A stretch of 64,000 bases of DNA from an uncultured Gammaproteobacteria bacterium (lineage in GTDB: Bacteria; Patescibacteriota; Microgenomatia; CAYXHB01; CAZYTL01): contig CAZYTL010000004.1 in the NCBI GenBank assembly GCA_964650355.1, positions 3,912 through 67,911 of the forward strand. Direction: 5' to 3'. Position 1 is the stretch's first letter; the number at the start of each line of letters is the position of its first letter. The position numbers and the translations under genes are program-made. Shown here one piece after another: positions 48,468-58,688 of this stretch. The notes below the pieces were generated by a model. That model ran no database searches, was not told the DNA's origin, and saw only the letters and a program-made list of their open reading frames with translations.

Positions 48468-51029
48468 ATGCCCAACAATTCCTCTACTACTAAACCCAAG
48501 AGTTATCAGTTCTCTGCTTATACCAACCAGCCGGTTAATCAGGTATTAATTACTCTTGGCGTCCGTTCTGAATCCGGACTCTCCACTGAAGAGGCTAATC
48601 ATCTCCTCAGTAAATTCGGTCTTAACCAACTCAAACTCAAAACCGTTACGCCCTGGCAGATCCTCATCCGTCAATTCCAGTCTCCCTTCGTCTACCTTTT
48701 AATCTTCGCCGTCCTCCTCTCCTGGATACTCAATGAACCTATTCAGGCCCTCATGATCTTGTTATTCGTCTTCATTAATGCCCTCCTTGGATTTATGCAG
48801 GAATTTCGCTCCCATCAGGCCATCAAACAACTGCAAAAATTCATCACCCCGCATTGTCAGGTCATCCGAGATCATCAGGAAGCCGAAATTGATACCACCC
48901 AGCTGGTCCCCGGAGACATCGTAATCCTTTCTCCCGGCACCAAAGCCGTCGCCGATTTGAGAGTCGTCCAAGATAACCACTTGATCATTGATGAATCAGT
49001 CCTCACTGGCGAATCCCGGCCCGTTAATAAACAATCCGCTGCCTTACCCAAAAAGACCAGTCAAATATTTAAAGCCAAAAATATCATTTTCTCCGGCACC
49101 ACAGTCACCAACGGTGATGGTTTGGGGATAGTCATCGCCACCGGCAAAAACACCTATCTAGCCGACCTGGAAAAGTTAACCACCGAAACCATCAAAGTCA
49201 CCGGACTTGAACAAGGCATGACTGCCTTCAGCAAATTTGTTCTTTGGTTAGTGGTGATCACCCTGGGATTAGTTTACCTCGCTAACCTTCTCATCAAAGG
49301 TCCCCATACCAACCAAATCCAGTTGCTCATTTTTTCCATCGCCTTAGCCATTTCCGCCATTCCGGAGGCCTTGCCTTTAGTTCTCACCTTCTCATTATCC
49401 CGCGGTGCTTTACAATTAGCCAAAAATAAAGTCGTGGCCAAACGCTTGTCCGCCATCGAGGACCTGGGCGGCATTGAAGTTTTATGTACGGATAAAACCG
49501 GCACCATCACCCAAAACCAAATGTCTGTCACCTCCATTTGGGGTGCTGATCCCCAAGCTGTCTGGCTCACTGCCAGACAAACCATCGATCCCCAAGCTAC
49601 TCATCTGACCAACTCTTTTGACCAAGCCCTTGTCGACTACTCACCGTCTAAGGCCACTAAATTACCCACCTATCAAATCCTGGCTCACCACCCCTTTGAT
49701 CCGGATCGTAAACGCAGTAGCACCCTGATCACCACCGCCAACCACCATTCTAAACTCATTGTTAAAGGCGCTATTGAAGGCATACTTCCCCATTGTTCCC
49801 CTCATGTCAACCAGCCCGACCTTGACCAGTGGCTGGATCAACAATCCCAACAAGGCAACCGGGTAATTGCTGTGGCTTCTAGACAAGATCATTTCACACC
49901 TCATTATCAAGTCTCAGAAGAAGAAAAACATCTTACCTTTGTTGGTTGTTTGGCTTTCAGTGATCCATTAAAACCCACCAGCAAATCAGCCATCGACCAA
50001 GCTAAAAAACTTGGAGTCCAAGTAAAAATCATCACCGGCGACAGTCCTTTAGTCGCCGGTGCCTTAGCTGAAAAAATCGGCCTCATTACCGATCGCCACC
50101 AAGTGCTTACCGGAGAAGACTTCGATCATCTCACACTCACTCAAAAACATCAGGCCGTCAACCAATACTCAGTCTTCGCTCGGGTCGCTCCACCTCAAAA
50201 GCACCAGATCATCCAGCTTCTGGAAGAACATCACCAAACCGGTTACATCGGCGATGGCATTAATGACGCCCCGGCTCTCAAAGCCGCCAATGTAGCCATC
50301 GCCGTTAAGAAAGCCACTGATATTGCCAAAGACGCCGCCGACATCATCCTTTTAAAATCTGATTTACAAGTCATCATCAACGGCATCCAGGAAGGCCGTC
50401 AAGTCTTTGCTAACACCATCAAATACATCAAACTCACCATGGTTTCCAATCTGGGAAACTTCTACACCTTAGCCATCGCTTCTCTGCTCACCAACTATCT
50501 GCCTATGCTTCCCATTCAAATCCTTCTTTTAAACTTGCTTACCGACTTTCCTCTCATGGCCGTGTCCACTGACGCTGTTGATCCTCTGGAAATCCGCCAA
50601 CCAGAACACTATGACATCAAAGAGTTCGCGCTCATCGCTTCTTTATTTGGCATCGTCAGCACCGTATTTGACTTTCTCTTTTTCGGATACTTTTCTCGTT
50701 TTACCCCATCTGTCCTCCAAACTAACTGGTTTGTAGGCAGCGTTCTCACCGAACTCATCTTAGTCTATTCGTTGAGAACTGTCCGACCATTTTACCGAAC
50801 CATCCGCCCGTCTCTTGTCCTCAGCGGCTTAACCCTTATCGCTGGCTTCATTGCTGTAGTTATTCCCTTCACCACCCTGGGTCAACAATTATTCGGATTT
50901 ACCAACCCTACTTTGCATTTCTACCTCGTCATCCTGGTTCTAGTCATCGCTTACTTCATCTGTACCGAAACCGTCAAACTCCTCTACTATCGCCGCAACC
51001 TACCGAACCCCTCATCTCTGTCCACCTAG
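48468..51029 (+). CDS. cation-transporting P-type ATPase (type II/IIIB-like)
   Basis: DKTGTITQN, TGDSPLVA, GDGINDAPAL, and a TM4 PEALP motif. The start is placed at the MPNNSS Met, just after the stop of the upstream gene. Confidence 0.85.
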   Translation: MPNNSSTTKPKSYQFSAYTNQPVNQVLITLGVRSESGLSTEEANHLLSKFGLNQLKLKTVTPWQILIRQFQSPFVYLLIFAVLLSWILNEPIQALMILLFVFINALLGFMQEFRSHQAIKQLQKFITPHCQVIRDHQEAEIDTTQLVPGDIVILSPGTKAVADLRVVQDNHLIIDESVLTGESRPVNKQSAALPKKTSQIFKAKNIIFSGTTVTNGDGLGIVIATGKNTYLADLEKLTTETIKVTGLEQGMTAFSKFVLWLVVITLGLVYLANLLIKGPHTNQIQLLIFSIALAISAIPEALPLVLTFSLSRGALQLAKNKVVAKRLSAIEDLGGIEVLCTDKTGTITQNQMSVTSIWGADPQAVWLTARQTIDPQATHLTNSFDQALVDYSPSKATKLPTYQILAHHPFDPDRKRSSTLITTANHHSKLIVKGAIEGILPHCSPHVNQPDLDQWLDQQSQQGNRVIAVASRQDHFTPHYQVSEEEKHLTFVGCLAFSDPLKPTSKSAIDQAKKLGVQVKIITGDSPLVAGALAEKIGLITDRHQVLTGEDFDHLTLTQKHQAVNQYSVFARVAPPQKHQIIQLLEEHHQTGYIGDGINDAPALKAANVAIAVKKATDIAKDAADIILLKSDLQVIINGIQEGRQVFANTIKYIKLTMVSNLGNFYTLAIASLLTNYLPMLPIQILLLNLLTDFPLMAVSTDAVDPLEIRQPEHYDIKEFALIASLFGIVSTVFDFLFFGYFSRFTPSVLQTNWFVGSVLTELILVYSLRTVRPFYRTIRPSLVLSGLTLIAGFIAVVIPFTTLGQQLFGFTNPTLHFYLVILVLVIAYFICTETVKLLYYRRNLPNPSSLST

Positions 51030-51041
51030 ACATTTCATCCA

Positions 51042-52736
51042 TTGACTCCTATTATCAAAATAGCAGTCCTTCTCCCACCCCAAACCTTCCCCATGTCAGA
51101 CCATCTGCTACCATCCATATCTTCGGCACCCAAAAGATTCCTCAAGTATCTGGTCGCAGACCTGAATCCTCGGGATAAAGAGGCCATTCGTCGGGCCACC
51201 ATCTTAAATACCGTCGTCATCGTCATCATCGTCTTACTCTTTTTCTGGCTTCTTACAGACGCCTTTGTCATCAAGAGAATCTTCGCTACCTTCTTTGATC
51301 TCGTCTATATCCTTGCAGTGCTCTTTTACTTTTGGTGGCAAAAAAGAACCCGTCGCCTTAATCTTGCCATCTTCATCCTCAACGGTGCTGCCATCCTGGG
51401 CTTCCTGGGATTCTCATACGTCGTCGGTATCAACGACTCCAACACTGCCTTATTCCTTTTAATTCCCATCTTTTCATTTTTCGTCTCCGGCCTGGAAATG
51501 GGCATGTTTTGGACCACCATCGGCACCACCTGGTTGGTTACCTTTCTTATTCTAGGGCACTATCGCATCTACGGACCATATGTCAACACTACCTACCTCC
51601 TAGATATGCTCACTGCCTATTTCGTCTCCACTCTTTTTGCACTCGTTTATGAATGGACCAGACGTAGAAATCAAAATAGCCTTCAGATAGCTCTCAACAC
51701 CAGCCAAACAGTCTTCAATACCATTACGGACGGTATTCTGGTCCTTAATGATCAATTCCAGCTTGAAGACATCAACCAAACCGCTGAGCAGCTCCTTGGT
51801 TGGTCATATTCCGAACTCAAAGCCCAATCCCTTCAGGAAATTTTTCCCTTCCTCAAAGACCATCCTGATCATCTTTTATCTTCCGGTACTACCAAGCCTG
51901 GAGTAGAAATCGTCGCCAAAAACCAAAAAATTCTCTATGCCAATGTCACCATTTCCCCTTTGAGGCTTGAAACCCCGACCCATCAACATCACCCTGGCCT
52001 TATGCTCACTCTTCACGACATCACCGAACAAAAAGAACTGGATACTATGAAACTCAACTTTGTTACTGTGGCCGCTCATGAACTGCGCACCCCCATCACC
52101 TCCATCAAGGGCTATCTTTCCCTCCTTCAACAAGAACTGGAAGCCAAATTGGACCCCACTAACCAAAAACATCTCTCTCAAATTTCCACTGCCGTTCAGC
52201 GTCTCTATGACCTCATGGAAGAACTCTTAACCATCACTAAACTGGAAAAATTCGAAGTCACCATCAAAAAACAACCTGTTAATTGGCACAACCTCCTCAA
52301 GGACCGCCTTAAAGAACACCAAGACTTAGCTCACCAGAAAAATCTCCAACTCAAACTCAGCCAAACCCACCCCTCCTTGCCTCCGATCATGGTCGACCCC
52401 TTACAAATCTCCCAAGCTATTAACCACTTGCTTAACAATGCCATCACCTACACTGAAAAAGGGCAAGTCACAGTAAGCACAGATTACCAACCTCAAAAAC
52501 ATCAAATCATCACCCATATCCAAGATACCGGCTCCGGACTTACCCAAAAACAACAAACCCATCTTTTTGAAAAATTCTCCAAACCTACCGGAGTCATTTC
52601 CGGCCAATACACTCAGGGTCCAGGCCTTGGTTTATACCTGACCAAAGCCAATGTTAATCAGCACGGCGTTCAAATCTGGGTTGACTCCACACCCGGAAAA
52701 GGCTCCACCTTCAGCTTCAGCCTTCCCACTCAATAA
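51042..52736 (+). CDS. membrane sensor histidine kinase (TM-PAS-HisKA-HATPase)
   Basis: H-box HELRTPITSIKGYLSLL, N-box LNNAITYT, and G-boxes DTGSGL and GLGLYLTK. The N-terminus has 5-6 TM helices. An alternative start is the Met at ~51093. Confidence 0.8.
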   Translation: MTPIIKIAVLLPPQTFPMSDHLLPSISSAPKRFLKYLVADLNPRDKEAIRRATILNTVVIVIIVLLFFWLLTDAFVIKRIFATFFDLVYILAVLFYFWWQKRTRRLNLAIFILNGAAILGFLGFSYVVGINDSNTALFLLIPIFSFFVSGLEMGMFWTTIGTTWLVTFLILGHYRIYGPYVNTTYLLDMLTAYFVSTLFALVYEWTRRRNQNSLQIALNTSQTVFNTITDGILVLNDQFQLEDINQTAEQLLGWSYSELKAQSLQEIFPFLKDHPDHLLSSGTTKPGVEIVAKNQKILYANVTISPLRLETPTHQHHPGLMLTLHDITEQKELDTMKLNFVTVAAHELRTPITSIKGYLSLLQQELEAKLDPTNQKHLSQISTAVQRLYDLMEELLTITKLEKFEVTIKKQPVNWHNLLKDRLKEHQDLAHQKNLQLKLSQTHPSLPPIMVDPLQISQAINHLLNNAITYTEKGQVTVSTDYQPQKHQIITHIQDTGSGLTQKQQTHLFEKFSKPTGVISGQYTQGPGLGLYLTKANVNQHGVQIWVDSTPGKGSTFSFSLPTQ

Positions 52737-52774
52737 ACCCCCCATTATTGACCCTCGATCCTCAAAGTCGCCCC

Positions 52775-54271
52775 TTAACTTTCTCGCACTGATTTTCTCC
52801 CCAACAGTACCCCGGTCAACAATACAAAAAATCCTGCCACCAGCCCCTCACTCAACAAATGAGTCAGATATCGATCATTGAAATAGTCATACCAGCCACC
52901 CAATGCATGCAGCAATGACAACCCGAACCACCCGATTAAAATCGCCTTTGCCCATCTCTCCTTAACCGCTTCTAAAATCGCTATCGGGATTACCAACACC
53001 AAATAATAATAAGGCGACATTACTGCTAATATATAAAGCAACACCACTCCCCATATCCACCTCAGCTCCTCCTCACCTTTGACCACCCCCTTAACCACCA
53101 TTGCCAACCAGCCTCCTGCCGTCAGCCAATACCACCAGTTCTTTTCTGCTAACCAATTAAGTCTTTCCCACGCATCTAACGATCCCCCCGCCATCGTTCC
53201 CCATAAATTTTTCAAACCCAGGTCAAATAATTCTCCGCTTAAATATCGCCCGTGCGTCATCAGATCTGCATAAAATTGCTGCCACGCATCAATTCCCCCC
53301 GTCCATCCGCTTACCACTACCAAACCCGCTACTGTCAACCCGGTACTCAAGATAAAAACCGTTGTCCTTCTAAATTTTTTATCAGCTCTATCTTTAGTCT
53401 TAGTCATCACCAACCATCTGATCATCCAGGGAATCAACAACACAGCAGGAAACACCCGCAATCCGGCTGCTATCCCCAGGAAAACACCGCTGATTAAAAA
53501 CTTATTAATTTTCCCAAAATATAAACTGAACAACACTGCCCCCAGCCACCAGTACTGACCGAAATTACCCACCAGCCTATCGTAGGTACCAAAATAACTC
53601 ACCATAAAAATCACTGCTAAACACCCCGAACGCCATCCGTATGCCCGTCCCACCAGAACCAAGCCCGCTACCACCCAGATCAGATCACTCAACACCCACC
53701 ATTTAATCATTACCTCATCATCTAAAGACACTCGATTTGCCAAACTCCCGCCAATTAGAGTCCAAACCAGTGAAGGATTATAACCTTTATCTTCAAACAC
53801 TCCTTGCCAAAAATCCCCTTCAGCCCCTGCCAGCTGCTGCCAGAACCTCACATCTTGCTTAAATTCCCACCACCTTTGATTACTAAATTTACTTCGCGGA
53901 CAATCTGGTAATTGCAACCTGTCTATCAACTGATAGTCATCCAGATTCCTCACTTGAGCCACCTCATTCCAAACATTATTTCCCTCCTTATCCGCCTCCA
54001 AAGCGCAGTTATACAAATCAAAATAACCCAATTCCTTAAAGTACTTCGCTCCCAAATAATAATGAAACCCGTTCCAAGGCCGGATATAATCATATCCCGT
54101 ATTCACTAGTTGCCACACCGAATACGAATAAACCACCATCATCAAAACCAAAGCGACCACTCCATAAACCACATTCAACCACCGATCGACCTCCTTCCCT
54201 TTGTCTCCAACCATTAATTCAAACCCCAACAAACCCAATGTAATTATCAACAACGCGGCTACTCCACTCAT
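52775..54271 (-). CDS. polytopic membrane protein, possibly GT-C-like glycosyltransferase (DUF2029-like)
   Basis: About 12 hydrophobic helices with aromatic-rich loops. No soluble catalytic motif recognised. Confidence 0.45.
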   Translation of the reverse strand: MSGVAALLIITLGLLGFELMVGDKGKEVDRWLNVVYGVVALVLMMVVYSYSVWQLVNTGYDYIRPWNGFHYYLGAKYFKELGYFDLYNCALEADKEGNNVWNEVAQVRNLDDYQLIDRLQLPDCPRSKFSNQRWWEFKQDVRFWQQLAGAEGDFWQGVFEDKGYNPSLVWTLIGGSLANRVSLDDEVMIKWWVLSDLIWVVAGLVLVGRAYGWRSGCLAVIFMVSYFGTYDRLVGNFGQYWWLGAVLFSLYFGKINKFLISGVFLGIAAGLRVFPAVLLIPWMIRWLVMTKTKDRADKKFRRTTVFILSTGLTVAGLVVVSGWTGGIDAWQQFYADLMTHGRYLSGELFDLGLKNLWGTMAGGSLDAWERLNWLAEKNWWYWLTAGGWLAMVVKGVVKGEEELRWIWGVVLLYILAVMSPYYYLVLVIPIAILEAVKERWAKAILIGWFGLSLLHALGGWYDYFNDRYLTHLLSEGLVAGFFVLLTGVLLGRKSVRES

Positions 54272-54277
54272 ATCCTC

Positions 54278-54643
54278 CTATAATCCCAATTGACTAAACA
54301 TCCAACTCAACCCCAACAACACCACCGCAATCAACCCTAACAACAAAATCAAAGTACCCTTATACTTCAAAGCCGTCAACTTGTCCCCGATCCTCCATAA
54401 CCAATCAAATCTGTGCTTCATCGCCTCCATCCATGAATCCAACAACGCTTGCTTTTCTTCTTCACCTTTAACCACCGCATCTGTCAACTTCTCGGCCTCC
54501 ATTTTTGCCGTTTGCTCCTGATCTTTCGTCAACTCTAACGCAGCCCCGCACCGCATACACTCCAATTGACTATCAGGATTATCAAACTTACAATTGCTAC
54601 AAACCTTCATATCTCCTTTATAATAACAAACCTCACCATCCAT
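54278..54643 (-). CDS. zinc-ribbon protein with C-terminal TM anchor
   Basis: CSNCKF...CMRCGAAL (two CxxC pairs), a coiled segment, then a TM helix (LILLLGLIAVVLLGLSWMF). Start chosen at the internal MDGEV. Confidence 0.4.
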   Translation of the reverse strand: MDGEVCYYKGDMKVCSNCKFDNPDSQLECMRCGAALELTKDQEQTAKMEAEKLTDAVVKGEEEKQALLDSWMEAMKHRFDWLWRIGDKLTALKYKGTLILLLGLIAVVLLGLSWMFSQLGL

Positions 54644-55112
54644 GCCTACTCGCTCCTGGCTCATCATCGTCATTCTTCTCAGCCTCATCGGCATCAGTGA
54701 TGCCGCCTACCTCACCTGGGAACACTACCAGACCAATCTGCCTCCCTGCAAACTGATTGCTTTGCCCATTCCCCTTGATTGTGGACAAGTCCTTCACAGC
54801 CAGTATGCCCAAGTCGGTCCTCTCCCTACCGCTGCTCTGGGTTTCCTTTTCTATACCACCGTCTTTATCCTCGCCACTCTTACCCTCCTTAAACCCCATC
54901 TTCTTCCTCAACTCAAAACCCAATTTCTCCTCCTCCTCGGCACTACCGGCCTCCTCGTCTCCTCCGTTCTCGTCTATCTCCAACTCTTTGTCATCCACGC
55001 CATCTGTCCCTACTGCATGCTCTCCGCCTTCACCAGTACTATCATCTTCATCTCCAGCATCATTATTCATCTTTCCGCCACCCCAACCTCCTCCCAACAG
55101 ATAACCTCATAA
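54642..55112 (+). CDS. vitamin K epoxide reductase (VKOR) family protein
   Basis: Four TM helices with a loop Cys pair (PPCKLIALPIPLDC) and a TM4 CxxC (AICPYCM). Confidence 0.65.
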   Translation: MPTRSWLIIVILLSLIGISDAAYLTWEHYQTNLPPCKLIALPIPLDCGQVLHSQYAQVGPLPTAALGFLFYTTVFILATLTLLKPHLLPQLKTQFLLLLGTTGLLVSSVLVYLQLFVIHAICPYCMLSAFTSTIIFISSIIIHLSATPTSSQQITS

Positions 55113-55134
55113 AAATATCCGATTTCAATCACTT

Positions 55135-55941
55135 TCAATATCGCACCCCACTTTCCGCCAACTTTCTACTTCTTAATCCCGCCACTACTTTCTTCAAAAC
55201 ATTCTCTTTCGCTGGAGGTTTTATTCCTCTGGTACTCTTATTCCATCCCCAGCTAATCCGAGCTATTTCCACATCCGTCCGTGGACGTTTGTTTGTCAAG
55301 CTATATACTCTTTCATTCTCACGCCAATCCTGAACATAAGCCTCCATCTGCCTTTTAGTCTCTCCTATCTCAGCCACTGCCTCCTGGAATACCTCAGTTT
55401 CCTTTTCACCCAATTGTTCCAAATTCTTAGGATTGACCACCACCGACTCTCCTTCCGGCTTCCAGACCGCCATTTTAACTCTAGAATCAGACTCCATGTC
55501 CACCCGTCTTTTATTTATCCAGATCCATGAATCAGTTACAGCCGTCGCCAACAGCGTCCAATCTCGGTTGATATCAGCTGACGTCTCCTGACTGCTTCCC
55601 GTTTCCACGGCCTTTCCTCTGGTTATTTCTATATCTCCAGCTATCCTATCCCCCCTCAAACCCGGATTATTCGGACTATTCTTCAGAGAATATCTCACTG
55701 CCAATTCGCCAACCCAAACCTCAACCCAGTCCAGTTCACTTTCGATCACCCTTCCCAGTACATTAGGAAAACGCGCCCGCGGTTTGTCTTCACTCCTAAT
55801 TCCCACAGATAATTGATAGACAAAATTTGCCAGATCCCCTTTCATGAACTCGATTATTCGCTCATACCCCTCCTTCATCGCTTCTCCCCTCTCATTAGTC
55901 TCGGTCGCCTCAGTTGGTTGCGTAATTAATGATTCATCCAT
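55135..55941 (-). CDS. hypothetical protein, 268 aa
   Basis: Clean ORF with no recognised motif. Confidence 0.5.
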   Translation of the reverse strand: MDESLITQPTEATETNERGEAMKEGYERIIEFMKGDLANFVYQLSVGIRSEDKPRARFPNVLGRVIESELDWVEVWVGELAVRYSLKNSPNNPGLRGDRIAGDIEITRGKAVETGSSQETSADINRDWTLLATAVTDSWIWINKRRVDMESDSRVKMAVWKPEGESVVVNPKNLEQLGEKETEVFQEAVAEIGETKRQMEAYVQDWRENERVYSLTNKRPRTDVEIARISWGWNKSTRGIKPPAKENVLKKVVAGLRSRKLAESGVRY

Positions 55942-56013
55942 AACTTAACCATATTTTACCAAATTCTACTCAATTCACCTATTTGAAACCAACTAACCTC
56001 TTCTTCAAATCCA

Positions 56014-57654
56014 TCAACTCCCATCAACCACCTCATTAAGCATCTCTCCCTCCACCTTACCATTCGGCAGCGCATACTCCTCTGGTCTCAGCTTTAGCTT
56101 ATCATACTCCCACCGGTTAACTTCTAACCGCACAGCCTTGCCCAACTGATCAGCTAGATCTTGCTGCATCACCACCAAATCCCCGTTAGTCATTCTCAAA
56201 CTCGTCGGCACCCAAATCCACGCCTCTACCAATATCACCGAAGACTCTTCCGGTTGCTCGTCACTCACCTCCACTTTCGCCAACGACACTTCATGTCCCA
56301 TCCCCGACAAATCATTCTCCAAAATATTTTCCACTTGATCTTGCAGCTTGCTTTCAGCCGCCACGGATCTGATCCTGGTCACACTCACAAAATCAATTTC
56401 CAAACTCACATCCCGCCCCAAAGCCTGCTCTAATCCCTGCTCTATTTTCTGTTTATCCTCAATCGTAAAAGGCACATCCACCAACTTCCTGGCTGTTACC
56501 AATATTTGCAATTCACCGTCAGCCAAATCCGTATTTTCCTTATCCTTCGTCTGCAGAATCACATTTACCAATTCGATATCTTCGTCAATTTTTCTCAACT
56601 GATTAGTTAAATACTTCTCAACCTGGCTTTTCAAATTCTTCAGTCTTGTATCTTCCTGTCGCCTTAGCACCAGCGTATCCACCACATTTAACTGCAAATC
56701 AATCGATCGGTTCACAATCTTGGTTAACTGATCACTTAACTGATTCTTTTGATCCACTGTCAAAAATCCCCCTTCGGGCAAAAACACCGTGGCCTCGATA
56801 TCCACCTGCTTACCCCCTAATCCAAACACAATTTGGAAATCATTCACCATCGCTTCATCATACAAACCTGCCAAACTCTCTTCCAATTGGTTCTTAATTT
56901 CCTGTCTCATCTGGGCCTCATAAATCGTTTCTTTCAAATAAATCGTCAGCGGAATCGCGACTATCAACAATAACAGGGCCGAAGTGATCATTCCGATCCG
57001 CCACCTGGTCTTTTCCATCTCTTTTCTGGGTTTCACTTTCAAAAAGTACAGAGTCGCAATCCCCGAAAACACAATCGCGCTCATATTCGCTCCGAACAAC
57101 AACAACGCTCCCTGAAAGATCTGCCATTCCTGAAACGCCAATCCGATACCTACTACCGCCAAAGGAGGCAACAACGCCACCGAAATCGCCACTCCGGCAA
57201 TCGAATTGGAAATTTGGGGATAAGACACCACTAATACTCCGATCACACTCGAAGCCAAAGCAATAAATAAATCCAACAACGTCGGATTAGCTCGCAACTT
57301 AATCTCTTCCGACACAATCTTAATCGGTGTCGCAATCGTCACTGCCCATGACACCAATACCACCAACCCCACGCTCAATAACAAAAATATCAGCGATCGC
57401 TCCAACAACCTCCTCCTGGTAGTAATCACTCCCATCGTCACTCCCAAGATCGGCCAAAACAAAGGCGCGATCAGCATCGCGCCGATCACCACCGCTGAAT
57501 TATTCGTCAACAACCCCAAAGTGGCAATAATCGCCGAAAACGCCAACGGCACCCAATACTGCCTATCAAACTCCAACTGCTCCTCCAACAACCCCAGCAA
57601 CCGGTCATGCAAATCCTTAGGCGTTTTTGGTACCTGGTTCACATCCACTTTCAT
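56014..57654 (-). CDS. DUF389 (TIGR00341-type) hydrophobic-domain membrane protein with C-terminal soluble repeats
   Basis: N-terminal multi-TM region with a GANMSAIVFSG-type motif. The long C-terminal region has repeated acidic segments. Confidence 0.55.
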   Translation of the reverse strand: MKVDVNQVPKTPKDLHDRLLGLLEEQLEFDRQYWVPLAFSAIIATLGLLTNNSAVVIGAMLIAPLFWPILGVTMGVITTRRRLLERSLIFLLLSVGLVVLVSWAVTIATPIKIVSEEIKLRANPTLLDLFIALASSVIGVLVVSYPQISNSIAGVAISVALLPPLAVVGIGLAFQEWQIFQGALLLFGANMSAIVFSGIATLYFLKVKPRKEMEKTRWRIGMITSALLLLIVAIPLTIYLKETIYEAQMRQEIKNQLEESLAGLYDEAMVNDFQIVFGLGGKQVDIEATVFLPEGGFLTVDQKNQLSDQLTKIVNRSIDLQLNVVDTLVLRRQEDTRLKNLKSQVEKYLTNQLRKIDEDIELVNVILQTKDKENTDLADGELQILVTARKLVDVPFTIEDKQKIEQGLEQALGRDVSLEIDFVSVTRIRSVAAESKLQDQVENILENDLSGMGHEVSLAKVEVSDEQPEESSVILVEAWIWVPTSLRMTNGDLVVMQQDLADQLGKAVRLEVNRWEYDKLKLRPEEYALPNGKVEGEMLNEVVDGS

Positions 57655-57911
57655 TTCTGGTCTCCCCTTTCTTTACTACAATCATAAACTATCCCCTTAC
57701 ACAAATAAGTATCAAAAGCTGCCCCTCGCTGTTCTAAATATTCATACCCCAAACATTTACACCCAAAATCCTCCGTTCCAAACGCCCCCGTGCTCACAAA
57801 CTTGCTTCTCTTTGCCGGATACAAAACCATTGCTAATCCAACCGTCAGCAACACCACCACCGCTAACCACCGCTTCTTCCTCACCAACTTAGTTTTCTTC
57901 CTCATAACCAT
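57651..57911 (-). CDS. small membrane-anchored protein with four Cys
   Basis: Basic N-terminus, one TM (WLAVVVLLTVGLAMVLY), then CKC...C...C. Its stop overlaps the downstream start by 4 nt. Confidence 0.4.
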   Translation of the reverse strand: MVMRKKTKLVRKKRWLAVVVLLTVGLAMVLYPAKRSKFVSTGAFGTEDFGCKCLGYEYLEQRGAAFDTYLCKGIVYDCSKERGDQK

Positions 57912-58083
57912 TTAACAGTTTAACAATTTTCAGCCAAAGGCTGATCGGCGGTTCGACTGAGCTCACCGTCGAAGTCCTCTGGCCGAAACCATCTCTTTCT
58001 CATCATACCATCAAACCCGTTTCCAATTGAAGCCCGTCTAATTATTCTGAATTTAACTATTAACTTTTAACTCTTAACTGTTT

Positions 58084-58605
58084 TTATGTATGCTTATCCG
58101 CTACCGCCGACGCTCCGAAACTCTCCGGTTTAGTCTTGGCCACATACCCATTCCCGGTCACCATCCCCACCACTTCCTTAATCATCTCTCTGGTCGGCCC
58201 CTTATTGCCCACATCAATATGAATCTCCAAATCATATTTCTCCCCATTCAACTTCTCCTTTAACACCGGCACCAACTCTTCTGCCAACTGCAGAGACAAC
58301 CAGGTTTCCTCATAAATCTTATTCCTCAATATCGCGGACTTCTTATCTTCATCTCTCACTTTGCGCCAAAAATACCGTCCGCCTCTTCCTCGGCGGTGAA
58401 TCACAATCGCCGACACAAAATCCACCACCTTCTTCCTGTCTACCAATTTATCTTTTGAATCAGTGCCTATCACCAACCTATATTCCGCCTCTGACTCTTC
58501 CTGAATATAACCGACTAACTCAGACACCACCTCTTTTGACTCCAGTCTTCCCTTTGAAGGACTATGAAAAACGCCATTCTTCAACACCGATCCATTAGTT
58601 ACCAT
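58084..58605 (-). CDS. DUF458/YkuK-like RNase-H-fold protein
   Basis: YRLVIGTDSKD, VSAIVIHRRGRGGRYFW, IHIDVGNKGPT and AKTKPESFGASAVADK resemble conserved blocks of the YkuK family. Confidence 0.5.
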   Translation of the reverse strand: MVTNGSVLKNGVFHSPSKGRLESKEVVSELVGYIQEESEAEYRLVIGTDSKDKLVDRKKVVDFVSAIVIHRRGRGGRYFWRKVRDEDKKSAILRNKIYEETWLSLQLAEELVPVLKEKLNGEKYDLEIHIDVGNKGPTREMIKEVVGMVTGNGYVAKTKPESFGASAVADKHT

Positions 58606-58688
58606 CTATCTAATTTTACGCCGACTTCCACAAATTCTCCACTTGCCAACTCCAGGTTCATTTTCCAATATAAAAATCTTCTTTAAAA

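Noticed and set aside
47819-48499. 226-aa minus-strand ORF (G/A/V-rich) antisense to the phosphodiester-glycosidase gene.
   Set aside because: It is the antisense shadow of a Gly/Ala-rich coding region and has no protein-like features.
54633-55097. 154-aa minus-strand ORF (G/D/E-rich) antisense to the VKOR gene.
   Set aside because: Low complexity. The VKOR frame shows TM helices and Cys motifs, so this ORF is rejected.
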